From: Eledone cirrhosa
Taxonomy: Eukaryota
Assembly: GCA_964016885.1 (NCBI GenBank)
Contig: OZ024741.1
Span: 47,554,001-47,618,000 of the forward strand
Direction: 5' to 3'
Length of the DNA: 64,000 bases
A model generated the notes under the pieces. The model saw only the letters and a program-made list of their open reading frames with translations, was not told the DNA's origin and searched no databases. This document shows, piece by piece, positions 27,218 to 44,760 of this stretch; position 1 is the first letter of the stretch; each line of letters opens with the position of its first letter. The translations under genes were made by a program, and so were the position numbers.

Positions 27218-28447
27218 TCATCATCATCATCATCATCATCACCGTTTTACGTCCGTTCTTCCATGCTAGCATGGGTTAGACGGGTTGTCCTGTTGTGGGC
27301 AGTGTCTGGTCGGCTGACCATGCCTTGCTCATACAGGAACTGATCTGGCTTGATTTCTACAGCTAGATGCCCTTCCTAACACCAACCTCATTTACAGTGA
27401 GTGCTGGGTGCTTTTTCGTGGCGCCTACACGTCCACTTTACAGTGTGGGCTGGGTGCTTTTTTGCCGTGGCACCTCCACGACCACCTTGCGGTGGGGGGT
27501 GTGGGGGCATATTGTTTATATGCTTCAGCATGTACCCATGGGAGGTCGGGTACCCTGTATTACTGCGTGACGCCAGAAATCACGGTCGTGTGTCATTGAC
27601 TTTGAGAGGTGTAGTTGGGTAAGGTCGGCTTTTATCACCTCATCCCAAGTCATCTTGGGTCTCCCCACTCCGCGGTTTCCATCAACTTCTAGTGCTCTGC
27701 ACCTTTTTATGCAGCTGTCATCCTTCATACGCATCACATGTCCATACCAGCGTAACCGCCTCTCCTGCACGCAGCATTTGATTCCTCTTATGCTCAGTCT
27801 CTCTCTCAATTCCTTTATGCTTTGTCGTTCACGTATATTACTGTTACACATCCATCGGAGCATGCAGGCTTCGTTTCTCTCTAATCTACGTAAGTCTTCC
27901 ACCTTCAGCGCCCAGGTCTCACTACCATGCAACATCGCTGTTCGGATACACGCATCATACAGTCTGCCTTTCATTCTGAGGGAGAAGCCTTTTGCAGCTA
28001 GCAGTGGTAGTAGTTCCCTAAACTTCTTCCATCCCGTTCTTACCCTAGTTATTGTACTTTCTGAGCACCCACCTCCGTTGCTAATTCGGTCACCTAGGTA
28101 GCAGAAGCTGTCTACTGTTTCTACAGGGCCCTCCCAGAGATTGGTGGTACTTGTTTCCTGTGGCTGTTTGCTTGCTGTTTCAGCACAGCTGCTGCATGTG
28201 AATCCTACATTCTTAATTAAGCTTCCTGAGATCCCGCTACATCTCTTGTGTACCCATTGTTTGCATTTGGGGGGCAGAGAATGGAGTTCCTACCTACACC
28301 TTTCCTACATACTGAGCAAGGCCATTTCCCTGAGGGGATCTGGGTTCTGTTTTCTCGTCTACTTATAATGACCTTAGTCTTTGTCATGTTGACTTTGAGG
28401 CCCTTTCTCTCTAGTCCCTGCTTCCAGGTTTGGAATTTATTCTCTAG

Positions 28448-28449
<2 letters not shown>
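27218..28449 (-). mobile_element. RTE LINE subfamily A, 3' 1.2 kb
   Basis: Near-identical to 14673-15902. Confidence 0.93.
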
Positions 28450-33045
<4,596 letters not shown>

Positions 33046-33292
33046 ACACGTACATACATATATGTATACAGACGTACAGTAGTATGTATATATATATATG
33101 TATATATATATAATATATATAAGTATGTACACGTACATACATATATGTATACAGACGTACAGTAGTATGTATATATATATATATACATACATGCACACAT
33201 ATATATATGTACGTATGGATTCACCGAACATTTATTATAATGCTCAGTGTAGTGTCTAGCAACCATCATTGCTCGTTTGTTCAACACTGACA

Positions 33293-33347
33293 AAGGAACG
33301 CTGTACTAGTTTCAAGCTTATTAGCTATCGTCAGCAGCATATACTTT
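33293..33347 (-). ncRNA. Type I hammerhead ribozyme (copy 2)
   Basis: Minus strand ATGCTG-CTGACGA-tAGCTaataAGCTt-GAAACTAGTA^CAGCGT. Confidence 0.75.
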
Positions 33348-33731
33348 CTCTATCCATATTAACGGCTGAGTAGCCCAATTTGCATATCGAGTGGGTTAAT
33401 CGGCCGGGTGCACCGAAAACGATAAACGGAAAAAATGAAACGAAATTTCATTTCCCACTCTTAGTACGGCTGTTACTTAAATATAAGTATGTACACGTAC
33501 ATACATATATGTGTGCATGTATGTATATATATATACATACTACTGTACGTCTGTATACAGATATGTATGTACGTGTACATACTTATATTTAAGTAACAGC
33601 CGTACTAAGAGTGGGAAATGAAATTTCGTTTCATTTTTTCCGTTTATCGTTTTTGGTGCACCCGGCCGATTAACCCACTCGATATGCACATGGGCTACTC
33701 AGCCGTTAATATGCATAAGGTAAGTATATAC

Positions 33732-33818
33732 GTTCAACAATCTGACAGGAAGGTATACGTTGCTGACGATAGCTAATAAGCTTGAAACTAGTACAGCGTT
33801 CCTTTGTCAGTGTTGAAC
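33732..33818 (+). ncRNA. Type I hammerhead ribozyme (copy 3)
   Basis: ACGTTG-CTGACGA(33763)...GAAACTAGTA^CAGCGT; stem I is extended by aagg/cctt, ctgaca/tgtcag and gttcaaca/tgttgaac. Confidence 0.8.
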
Positions 33819-33973
33819 AAACGAGCAACGATGGTTGCTAGACACTACGGCTTAATACAGGATGTTTGTTTACAAACACACCGAGCATTAAAATAAATGT
33901 TTGGTGAATCCATACGTACATATATATATATATATGTGTGCATGTATGTGTATATATATATATATATATTTAT

Positions 33974-34581
33974 GTCAGGTCACCAGTTGGTGCTACTGGT
34001 AACATGTATCCCAGTACAACCTGTCTCATGGTCGGGTCGTTGGCGACTAAACTGGCAACCCCACCAAGGTTTCTTGGTGAGGAGGGTGACTTTGGACATC
34101 CTGCAGGACTAAAAACAAAACCTGTCAAAGGGCAAGGGAGCTCTTAAGACTCAATAGCCATCCAAAATCACCGGGAGAGATGACCCCTTAGCCTTTGTCA
34201 AGGCAGAATTCTAGGAGAAGGAAAACTCTGATATAACACCTGCAACCCTGATGGTATCCAATGATGTTGACTTGTTCTTCTTTTTGGTAAATATCATCTT
34301 GGTTAAGAGAGTGGGACTGGCTTTGTGCAGTGCCTTTGCTCACTATAAAAGCTTCACAGCACAGGCATTGCTTTATATCTGGAGATCTCTCTGCACTTGT
34401 CATCACATGGTATCATGGGCCCTGCACTATGTGTCAATAATGGTCACAAGTGTAGTCTTTGTACCAGAGTTTTCAAGTCGCTGGCTGGACTAAAAAGTCA
34501 CATTCGTTCAGCGCATCGGTAGGGGTTCTCCTACATGGATATAAAGTAGTGGCCGTACTCGAAAACGAGTTGGCAGCCACC
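33974..34581 (+). mobile_element. Non-autonomous bipartite RTE derivative (5'UTR-like head plus 3' end with C2H2 zinc finger)
   Basis: Head has RTE-5'UTR-like motifs (actggcaacccc, ctaggagaaggaaaactctga). 34445-34522 encodes HKCSLCTRVFKSLAGLKSHIRSAHR*. Sits in a TA run splitting otherwise contiguous repeat sequence. Confidence 0.6.
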
Positions 34582-35018
34582 ATATATATATATATATATA
34601 TACATACTACTCTACGTCTGTATACATATATGTATGTACGTATACATACTAATATATATATATATGTAAAAGGAATAGAATGAAACGAAATTTCATTTCT
34701 CACTCTTAGTACGGCACTTACTTAAATGTAAGTATGCATGTATGTATACGTACATACATATATGTATACAGACGTACAGTAGTATGTATATATATACATA
34801 CATGCACACATATATATATATATGCACGTATCGGTTTACCGAACCTTTATTATAATGCTCGGTTTGTTTGTTTGTAAACAAACAAACAGCCCGAATTACG
34901 GCGTACAGTGTTTAGGCAACCACGTCACCTTTTTTTCACCGGCCGACTAAACTCACTCGATATGCAAATTAGGCTGCTCAACCGTTAATATGCATAAGGA
35001 AAGTATATACTTTCAGAC

Positions 35019-35105
35019 GTTCAACCATCTGGCAGTAAGGTATACGATGCTGACGATAGCTAATAAGCTTGAAACTAGTACATCGTTCCTGTGTCAGTGT
35101 TGAAC
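35019..35105 (+). ncRNA. Type I hammerhead ribozyme (copy 4, diverged)
   Basis: ACGATG-CTGACGA(35050)...GAAACTAGTA^CATCGT; compensatory A-T pair in stem I. Confidence 0.8.
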
Positions 35106-35119
35106 CTGTGAAATAACTT

Positions 35120-35323
35120 GTGGTTGTTTCAGTATCGGTAGAAGGTCGTACACCATGCTTTGCAGCATAGTTACGGTCTGAGCTCAAATCCCGCCGAGGT
35201 TAGCTTTGCCTTTCATCCTTACGAGGTCGATAAAATAAAGTATCTGTAACGCACTGGGGTCGATTTAGTCGACTTTCCCTTTCCTTTCAAATTGCTGACC
35301 TTGCGCCAAATGTAGAAACAATT
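35120..35323 (+). mobile_element. SINE family 2 copy
   Basis: Same core and 3' end (tagaaacaatt) as 3660-3848. Confidence 0.75.
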
Positions 35324-36099
35324 ATTTCACAGATATGTGTATCCTTAATGTAATTCTCAAGCCAAATCAGAGTGAAACAACGCGTAATAAATGCTCTACC
35401 CCTTAATTACACGTACAACTCCTTCCTTTCGATTGGCATCGCTTGAGTTGATCCGAGTGGAATAGAAGCCGGGATCTCATGATTGCCAAGCGAACATCTT
35501 AGTCATGCCTACGTCAATGCTAAAACGTTGTTTTCATTCACTTGTAAAACAAACGAAAGCTAAGGCTAGTTTAGAAAAACTATGAATAATTTGTCTTATT
35601 TCACCTTTAATTATTTTCGTTATTGAACTATAAAAATATTTAGATAAAATTGAATTATAAATAGTAACTTCCGCTGTGACGATTATATTTTCAAACTTCC
35701 CAATTAATTGAATATTTTTTATAGTATTCCTTTACAATGTAGGTCTCTGTTTATCTGTATTTGTTGCCTGGTCATGTAGTCATATCTTTTCGTATTTACA
35801 TAGCTGCAAGCTGTCACGTAGTACCGTTTCAACCCCGACTTTCTTTCTCCCCACCTATTCTTTTTGTTTCTGAACGTCATGTCTTAGCTTCAATTTATAT
35901 TTTTGTCCGACCTTTTCTGTCTCTTACGCTCTGTTCATCTTTTTTTCTTTCTTTGCTCTATCTCCCCGCCCTTGTTCTTATTTGCATGGACGTTTCATTA
36001 CCTTTCTTAACATACCCATTCATTTTTGAGTCCTATCTCTTAATTCTGTGAAGTTTATTGAACTTTCCACTTTCGATTGAGAATGTAGAGATTAAATAT

Positions 36100-36660
36100 A
36101 ATATATTTTAAAAGTATATATTGTCAATCGATTGACACGGACACCAGTATATCACCGCTATATTTGTTGTCTCCTAATCAAATGAAATGAAAACATGTCA
36201 CTTATTTTATCCCTCTCACATCCCGTTTTAGCTAGGAAACAAATCTATTGAGGCTTTATTAATAAAGTGAACGGAATAAAAGCACTGGGAATTATCGGCA
36301 AACCTTTTCTTCCAGACTGTGACTTTCGAGATGTTTTGGGGAGCTGGACCACTGATGACAAAGTTCTTGTCATTGTTAGCAGCTCGCCTTACCGAAGTAT
36401 CAGGTGATGCTCGTGAGGGTACTTAGTTGTTTCAGCACCTTAGCCTCGCCATCAGTTCCTAGACCTAGCTCAAAGCATTTTACGCACTTGTTCCACTCTA
36501 GAACTTACATGTCTTAAGATGTTTAAGATCTTCAGATGTTTAAATTTAATATTAACTGTTTTAACCATACCTTACTTATTTTCAATGACAGTGGTGGTGA
36601 CTCATCACCCGTGGATGATATTGCTCTCATTCAAATTTGAAACTGTCCGCTGACGAAGTC
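36100..36660 (+). promoter_or_regulatory. Candidate ACLY promoter / non-coding first exon
   Basis: The ATG exon starts with a splice acceptor, so an upstream exon must exist. This unique segment keeps CpGs whereas DNA after ~36.7 kb is CpG-poor. Possible donor CAG|gtgatg at 36403/36404. Inference only. Confidence 0.3.
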
Positions 36661-37261
36661 ATTAAAAAACATGGTCCCCATCACAAAAAGACAAAAAAAA
36701 AAAGCAATTTAAGCTTTAAGAACAAAACAATACTTTAATGAGTTGCATACCTAAGAATTTGTAAAATTAAACATTATTTTTCTCAACCAGATGCATTTAC
36801 AGGTTCTTATTCACTTAAAATTAACTCTGAATATTAACAAGATTCCTCAAGCACTTCTCTAGGAAGAACTAGAAAAGAGAATCCAAGTGAATGATTGAGG
36901 TGTCTATGTCTTCCTTACTATCTTTTCCTCTCTATTTGCGCCCTTGTGGCAAATGAAGAAATCTATCTTTTCCTCTGTATTTCTTAGCAGGAAGGAAGTG
37001 GAGGTGGAACAGATAGTAAGTTATGAGAATGACTTGACCTTTTACAGCTGACCCATCCCAAAACTTCTAACATGAGTCGGGTGTAGGTGGCTGAGAGATA
37101 GAGATAGATAGTAATCTTCACATAGAATGTCGTAATCAAGGAATTAAATTTTTTCTTTTAACTCTGCACTCCCTATCATTTTGACTGGTATATATTTATT
37201 ATATTTCATTCCGTCTTGACTACCGGCATACACAATAACCAAAACCCAGGTTGTGTGTGCC

Positions 37262-37912
37262 ACTACATGAGCTAAGAGAGGAATATATGTGTTTGGGAAT
37301 GTGATAAGAGATAGACTGTTGTCTGTTATATCAAAATTAGGCTGCTGCTTCTAGCTTCTTTTTTTTCAACCACTCTATCTGAAAAAATGCTAGAAAGAAC
37401 AGCTGAACATTTTGTCAGATACATGGGTCACAAATTTGATGTAAACAGACAAAATTCACAAATTAAAAGCTAACTACATATGTTTTCCTTCTGTCTAAAT
37501 GTTTTTATTTTTTTTTATATTCTGGTCTATCTTGTAATATCTTCTCTCAATCTATATACCAATGGACTATAATCTGAAATGTTAAGACTCTTTTCCTACT
37601 ATATTAAACAAATATCACTGTAATGTATAGTTCTCACAGGGAGCCAGTCATAAACTCCTGTTATGGATTGAAGCACAATAATAAACAGAAGGGGCTAAGG
37701 ACAGAGCTCTGGTGGACCCCACCTGCACACTAATTCATCACTATATCCATTGTTGACTCTAACTTTACTGACTACACCTCTACTCTCACCTCTCCTATTC
37801 ATTATTTTCATGAACAGAATTGACAACAGCAGCCTAATTTTGATATAACAGACAAAAGTCTATTTCTTATCACATTCCCAAACACATATATTCCTCTCTT
37901 AGCTCATGTAGT
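37262..37912. repeat. 86-bp inverted repeat pair (37262-37347 / 37827-37912)
   Basis: Arms are reverse complements with about 2 mismatches; ~480-bp spacer. Confidence 0.85.
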
Positions 37913-37924
37913 ATCACGTCTGGC

Positions 37925-38272
37925 AGGTGTAAAATCAGTTGACTGGAATTTGCATTTGACATGGTATTGCTTAACTCAATAGAAGGTGATCTCTGATTTG
38001 CACTTGATAGGTTTGATGCCGAATGCTGCAATGCTGGAATGAAAATCAGTGTTACGAAAATTGAGACACTCGTCCTCAAGGAAGCCTGCACAGTGCACTT
38101 GCACTGAAGCAGGTGAAGTTCAAGTATCTTGGGGCCATGTTCATGAGTGATGGCAGGCAAGAAGCTGAATTAAGTGCAAGAACTGCAGGAGTTGGTGAAA
38201 TATTGCACTAGCTTCAGCATTTGGTAATCAGAAAAGGGGAGATAGGTGTAAAAGCCAAACTCGCTATCGTTA
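37925..38272 (+). mobile_element. Old RTE-type RT remnant (different family, no PHD insert)
   Basis: Translates with stops/frameshifts to FAFDMVLL...AGMKISVTKIETLV...FKYLG. Confidence 0.6.
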
Positions 38273-39214
38273 GCACCTGTTTAAACATTTCAAATTTCTT
38301 CAAATGTCTATTGACTTTCTTGCTAAACATGCTATACTGTGTGTAAACTTTGATTTCTAGAAGATAATGCTCATTATCCATGTTTTGTTGGCATGGTCTA
38401 GTGGTTAGAATATTGGATTAACAATAAGGTAGTGAGTTTGATTCCGGGATCAAGCAGCATGTTAAGTTCTTGAACAGGACAATTCATTTCACATTGCTTT
38501 TCATTATAGGATTAAGGTCTCTATCATTAAAATACCCAAGAAATCTCCTATGATATATTATCTTGTAGGGACAAAAAGCACCCAGCCCACACTGTAAAAT
38601 GGTCGTGGAGGTGTCATGACAATAAGCACCCAGTACTCACTGTATGAACAAGACATGGTCATCTGACCTCGACTTGCCTCAAATTGGACAACCTGTCTAA
38701 CCCATACTAGCGTGGAAAATGGATGTTAAATATTGATGATGATGATGTCAGCTAAACCTGCAAAGTTATTAGCTGTAAATGTCAGTTTTTGTTGTTGTTG
38801 GCTTGGGTTGGTCAGGTCAGCTGTATATCATTTGTTTTGGTATTTTATAATTTCATTTGTCAGATCTAATTTTATCCATTCTCCCTAGTTTTTTGCTTTT
38901 ACTGTTGGTACCTTCCACTAACAACACACAAAGTTTATTCAACTAACTTTATTTCTCCATTATCATCCTTTACCCCTACCAGTACAGTTGTCTCAATTCA
39001 CACATTAACCCTTTCATCAACATATTTCTATGCTAAAGAGACTATTGAAGAATACTAATGCTACAACTGCTGATAAAATGGGATATTTGGTGGGTCAAAG
39101 TGTAAATTGTAGTTAATGTGATAATTGTTTCTACTTTTGGCACAAGGCCAGCAGTTACCCAGTGTATTACTGGTACTTTATTTTATCGACCCCTCGGTAG
39201 GTGATAATGATGTC

Positions 39215-39476
39215 TTAACCCTTTCATGTCTGCATTTCTAATGAAATACACTCTATTTTAATTAAGGAAGAATTTTGAGGGATTTACTAAAAATATTATT
39301 TCATTACTAAGATCTTAGTAATGAAATAACATCTTAGTAAGATAGTAATGTAATGTAAGGTTCTTATATAAAATTATGTTGGAGGATTTTAATTTAAATG
39401 GGAAACCTTTAAAATGGGTGGTTTTGTTTCATAAAACCAGATCTGGTTTTGGCCGGGTTGGTAACCAAAGGGTTAA
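39215..39476. mobile_element. piggyBac-type MITE family 2 (copies 46051-46276 inverted, 55637-55941, ~42455-42688, ~53075-53410)
   Basis: TTAA-CCCTTT ... AAAGGG-TTAA termini and shared interior. Confidence 0.7.
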
Positions 39477-41281
39477 CTAATGCATTTGTTGCCTAGTTGT
39501 TCTCTTAACTCACTTGTGCCCTGTTCCTCAAGCAGATCACACTTGCCTTATTTCCTTCCAATCTTACAAATCTTCCATATTTAACACCTATGTCTCTACA
39601 TCATACAGTCTGTCTTTTACATAACGAGAGAAATCCTTCAAAATCTTTAAACTTCTTCCATCTGTTTTATAATTTTTACTCTGCTTTTACCACTATGATT
39701 TAGTATAAATTAGATCACCTTGATGTGAGCTGCCTGAAGAGATGATAGATTTTATTAACTATTTCTAAGCATCTATCACAGCTGATGTTTTATGTCAGTC
39801 TGCTAAAGACTCCTATGGTTTACATTGAGTATAAAGTATGGAGTTCACCTTTGCCATTTACCATCTTTCTGTATATTAACCAAGATCACTTCATGTCTGG
39901 TAATCTGTTCTATTAATAACTATAACTTTGTATTTTGCTATTTTCATATTAACTTTTTCTGCAATTCTTTACCTGGTTCTCATATCAGAATCAGTTAACC
40001 AGCCTATAGGTTTTCACCCTGATCCTTGCATTTATTGGACCACAAGTTTTGCATTTAAAACAACCATATCTGGCCAGAATACTCTTATCTCTTTCTGTTC
40101 AAAACGGCTGTAACTGGGCCGCTCATGCTGATGTTAAGGTATGGTTATCAAAATCTCATACATTTGATATTATACGAGATAAAGCCTTTACCACAAAAAT
40201 ACAATAGTATATATAGAGTAATGTTAATGCTAAAGGGTTAAGAAGCTTTAGCATAAAAGAGCTGAAATGTTATAAGCTTGGATGCTAAGCTGCATGACAA
40301 ACTCAGCTTGTTGGGAATATATTTCACTCCTAGATACTTTAACCTATACATATTAAGATTATTCAACAAATTCTATCAATAGTAAAGTCTGCTTATAAAA
40401 TATTACCCAATATTCTTAAAGTAGTTACCATCACTGGTATATGTTTTTCCTGGTGAAATTGGAAGAACAATCTATCAACTCTAAATATCCTATAATGATT
40501 TAACAGAAAATATCTAAAAATAGGCTTGTCAAATCAAATGTCTATAGTATCTTCACTAGTAGACAGATCATTGTGAAAATCTGCAGTATTAGAGCAAACA
40601 CTTAATTTTTAATGTGATGCAGACATAGAGATGTTTTGTATTTTTCAAGAATGCCTTGCTAATGTGGTTTCATGTGGCACAGGATGTTGAATTAATGTTC
40701 ATTGTTATTTGATATCATTTTTTGATCTTTCTAAAACTAATCCACTCCTTAGTAACTGCTCCACCTTTTATAATTTTGTTATAAACAAAAATGACTTCAG
40801 TATATTCTCTTAGACATGTCATGTAGATGCACGAAAGGCAGAATATAAGTGAGCTGATAGAGCAGTTTGTGTGATAAGGATATTATCTGAAAACCTTATT
40901 CTAATATCTTCTGCAATACTTGAGTATTTTATTTGATTTGATTAATTTAAGTTCAAGGTCAACTCCAATTGAATAGATCTATGATTATTACAGTTGTTAC
41001 CATCATACTATAATGCAGCAGGGTGTATTTTGGTTTCTATCTAGCAGCTCAAAAAATTACATAGACTCCTTCATTAGTTTGATTAATCTGGTGATGACAG
41101 TGGTGGTAGTGGTAATGTTATTTACCCCTCCATTACTGTCCACAATTCTGTGTGGTGGTAGTGGTAATGTTATTTACCCTTCCCTTACTGTCTGCAACTC
41201 TGTTGTGAAAATTCAATCTAAATTAGTTTTATTTGAAGCTAGGCAGTTTAACTTTATAGCATTATTTAGTTGATTAAAAAA

Positions 41282-41462
41282 CGCAGTGGGTTGGTAGTGT
41301 TAAGAGTCGGACAACATGCTTCGCAGGATAGTTTCGTCCCTTTACGTTCTGAGTTCAAATCCCGTTGATGTTAGCTTTGTCTTTTATCCTTACGTGGTTG
41401 ATAAAGTAAAGTTCCAGTAACGCACTGGAGTCAATTTAATCAGCTTTCCCCTCCCCCTAAAT
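41282..41462 (+). mobile_element. SINE family 2 copy
   Basis: B box and core match. Confidence 0.7.
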
Positions 41463-42705
41463 TTAAACAGTAGGTATCTCTGACAGCCTGACAAACTGCA
41501 GCCATCTTGATACCCTTTTGTTGGTTAGCTAGTGAGTGTTGGGTGCCATATTGTTCATTGGTCACTTTCTACATCCTGCTGACACTGAAAGCCATCCAGA
41601 GCATACAAGTGTAGCAGCCATTGATTGGCTTCGCTTTGGACCTAATGAGGATTTAAATTTCACAATCCACAAAGTAGCATTGTTTTGATTGCTGGTGATA
41701 TGAGGGTTGGCAGATTATAAAGGATTGATGCTAGAGCTGTGAAATCTTGCATGCATTAATTTCAACTCTTCTTATTAACTGCATTGTTTCTTTCCAGGGA
41801 CTATGTTGAAAAATAAACCTCATTTAGTCATTCCATGAAAGTATCTTGGTCAGCCTATGAACTTTCCAGTCAACCATCATAAATGCTTTATTTTTGGTTC
41901 TGGGGTCAAATACCACTAGTGTTAGCTTTTGTCCCCTTTTGGCTTATAAACTACTCTTAATAATCAGCTTTAATACTGTTTCAACAGCTAGTTTTATTCT
42001 TCATAAATAATCATCATTAATTTTATAATTTTTTTTTATATGTTGACAAAAATTAATTCAGTAAAATGAATTGTAGATGTTGGCAAAAATTAACAACTTT
42101 GACTGCTTAAGTTGGCAAGGAAAGCTGTAAAGTTATCTTATAAATAGCAGTGCGATTAAGGACATTTGTGAATAATGCAATCTTTGTAAATATTTTCCTT
42201 GAAACAAATTGATACTGTTGAATTGAATGGAAGTAACAAACCAAATGCCACATCTTTAATTTCTGTAGGACTTGCACAGATTTTTCTTTGTGTCATTCCA
42301 AAGAAGAAATGAATATTTAATAACTGTAATGGCCTTGACAGATTTACTATATAATAGGAAGGAATAGATATGAAATTGTTGTTTAACCCATGGTCACCCT
42401 GATGAAGCAAATTTATAATGAAAGGCATTCCAGCTTTGATAATCTTGTCTTTTAAACTCTTTCATTATCATATTTCTAATGAAAGTCCCAATGATTTTCA
42501 AATAATTTTAAAAACAATCAAGAATTTGGTGGGATTTAATAATTGAACATTCTCATTATTAAGCTGGTGTTTGGAACATAACTTAAAAGGTTCTTAGATA
42601 AAATTATGGTGCAAGGTTTTTAAATAAAAATAAACACTTTAGAATAAATGGCTTTGTATTGTAGGACCAAGGGCAGTTTCAGGGTTAAGTGTATTGATAA
42701 CTACA

Positions 42706-43407
42706 TTATAATAATAATGAAATTATTGTGTACAGTGCTCAGGTGCACTACAACTCATCAAAGGTGCATGTATAGTACATAGAATAATGTACAAATGTCA
42801 GGAAAATGAACAGTGCATGAGTCATGAAATAATAATAACAACAATAATAATAATGAAATATTGTGTACAGTGCCCAGGTGCACCACAACTCATCAAAAAG
42901 TGAATGTACATAGGGCAATGCACAAACATCAGGAAAATGAACAGTGCACGAGTCATGATACACACATGTGTATGGAAGGGGTACATCAAGTGTAGTTTTG
43001 GCGTATTTCGGGAAGCATGAGTGTCTTAAAGAATGCAGTGTCTCGGCAGCTAACAACTGACGCAGGCAGTTTGTTCCATGCTTCAGCAACTCTGAGTGTG
43101 AAAAAAATGTCTAGGAAAGTCATGGGAGCTGTGCTGTTTTCTGATTTTGTAGGCATGTCCACGTGTGTTAGACACATGGAGATCAAAAAGGTACTCAGGG
43201 TTGCAATTGGCGAGATGGTTAATAACTTTGGGGGTATTTACCAAGTCCATTGCCAGACGTCGGAGCTTCAATGAATCCATGCCCAGGGAAGCAAGGCATT
43301 CAGAGTATGGTAGGTGTCTGATGGAGGGTATGCGCTTGGTTACACGTCTCTGAACAGTTTCCAGGAGGTCAATGTTCTGAGCCAGATAGGGGCTAATTCG
43401 AATTCGG

Positions 43408-43410
<3 letters not shown>
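42706..43410 (-). mobile_element. CR1-group LINE 3' end (second family)
   Basis: LLETVQRRVTKRIP...LRRL..DL...TRGH...FF..RV..WNKLP, with an (ATT)n tail and a duplicated 3' UTR segment. Confidence 0.8.
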
Positions 43411-43451
<41 letters not shown>

Positions 43452-43953
43452 TGCGCACATACACACACATATACATACATATACATATATCTTCTATTGT
43501 GGCTAGAAGTATTACATAGAATTTATATACTTTATCACTACCACAATCCTTGATGTATTTCCACTAGTTAACCTTAGGAATGTTTTCATTATTACCATCA
43601 TTTTTACTATCTGTATTTTCACGCTGCTATAGGTTAGCATGTCTAACAAATTTGTTGAATGTGATGTTGGTGTTGTTGTTTAGTTCTAGATTTGTCTGAT
43701 CCAGCAAAACTATGATGAAAGGCTTTCTAGTGATGACTATCTTGTCTTTTATATATCTAGAATTACATTCTCATGCCTCTCTATTTTTGAAAGATAGGAA
43801 TGTGTGATTTGGCTGTTATACCAAGCAAGTTGAGTGACCACATCAAGATGTCTTTTTGACTCATTTGAGCATGTTTAAAGTTCATTGTTGTTAGTTTAAA
43901 CTCCTATTGTTTTAAATGTTCATCTCTTTGCTATTAATAAAATAATTACCAAT

Positions 43954-44276
43954 GGAGGCACATGGCTTAGTGGTTAGAGCATTGGCCTTGCAATCGAAAG
44001 GTTGTGAGTTCAATTCTCAGACCGGGTGATGTGTTGTTTCCTTGAGCAAGACACTTTATTTCACATTGCTCCAGTTTACTCAGCTGTAGAAATGAGATGA
44101 TAGGGACCTATCAAAGTGGTCGTGGAGGTGCCAGGGCAAAAAAAGCACCCAGCACTCACTGTAAATGAGGTTGGTTTTTAGGAAGGGCATCAGGCTGTAG
44201 AAATCAAGCCAGAATGAATTCCCTTCCCACCCTTGCAAGCAAGGAAAAGCAGACGTAAAAATGAAATGATGATGAT
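43954..44276 (+). mobile_element. SINE family 1 copy (older relatives at ~38388-38750 and ~58027-58250)
   Basis: Near-identical head and tail to 3282-3609. Confidence 0.88.
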
Positions 44277-44409
44277 CTGTATATATCATCACCATTTAAC
44301 GTCTATTTTTCCACACTAGCATGGGTTAGACAAGTTGTCCTGATAGGTCAGATCAGATGACCTTGTCTTGCTCATACAGAACTGTTTTGGGCTTGGTTTC
44401 TACAGCTGC

Positions 44410-44760
44410 CCTTCCTAACACCAACCACATTTACAGTGTGGACTGGGTGTTTTTTTAATTTTTTATTGACACCAAAACAACCACTTTAGTGTGGACTGGG
44501 TGTTTTTTTTTATTTTTTATTGACACCAAAACAACCACTTTAGTGTGGACTGGGTGTTTTTTATTTTTATTGTGGCACCAAAACAACCACTTTACAGTGT
44601 GGACTGGTTGTTTCTTTTTATTGTGGCACCAAAACAACCACTTTACAGTGTGGACTGGTTGTTTCTTTTTATTGTGGCACCAAAACAACCGTTTTACAGT
44701 GTGGACTTGGCACCTTTTGTTGTGACACCATGACAACCACTTTACAGTTTGGACTGAGGG
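44410..44760. repeat. ~52-60-bp tandem repeat derived from the SINE/RTE 3' UTR module
   Basis: About 6 copies of aaccactttacagtgtggactgg.tgttt...ttgtggcacc inside a minus-strand tail (44284 onward). Confidence 0.8.

Noticed and set aside
34445-34522. Host C2H2 zinc-finger gene exon
   Set aside because: Single finger followed by a stop, no TGEKP linker, and inside a TA-flanked insert; better explained as an RTE C-terminus.
44410-44760. CRISPR-like regular repeats (also 56141-56337)
   Set aside because: No unique spacers, no cas genes, eukaryotic context; these are plain tandem repeats.
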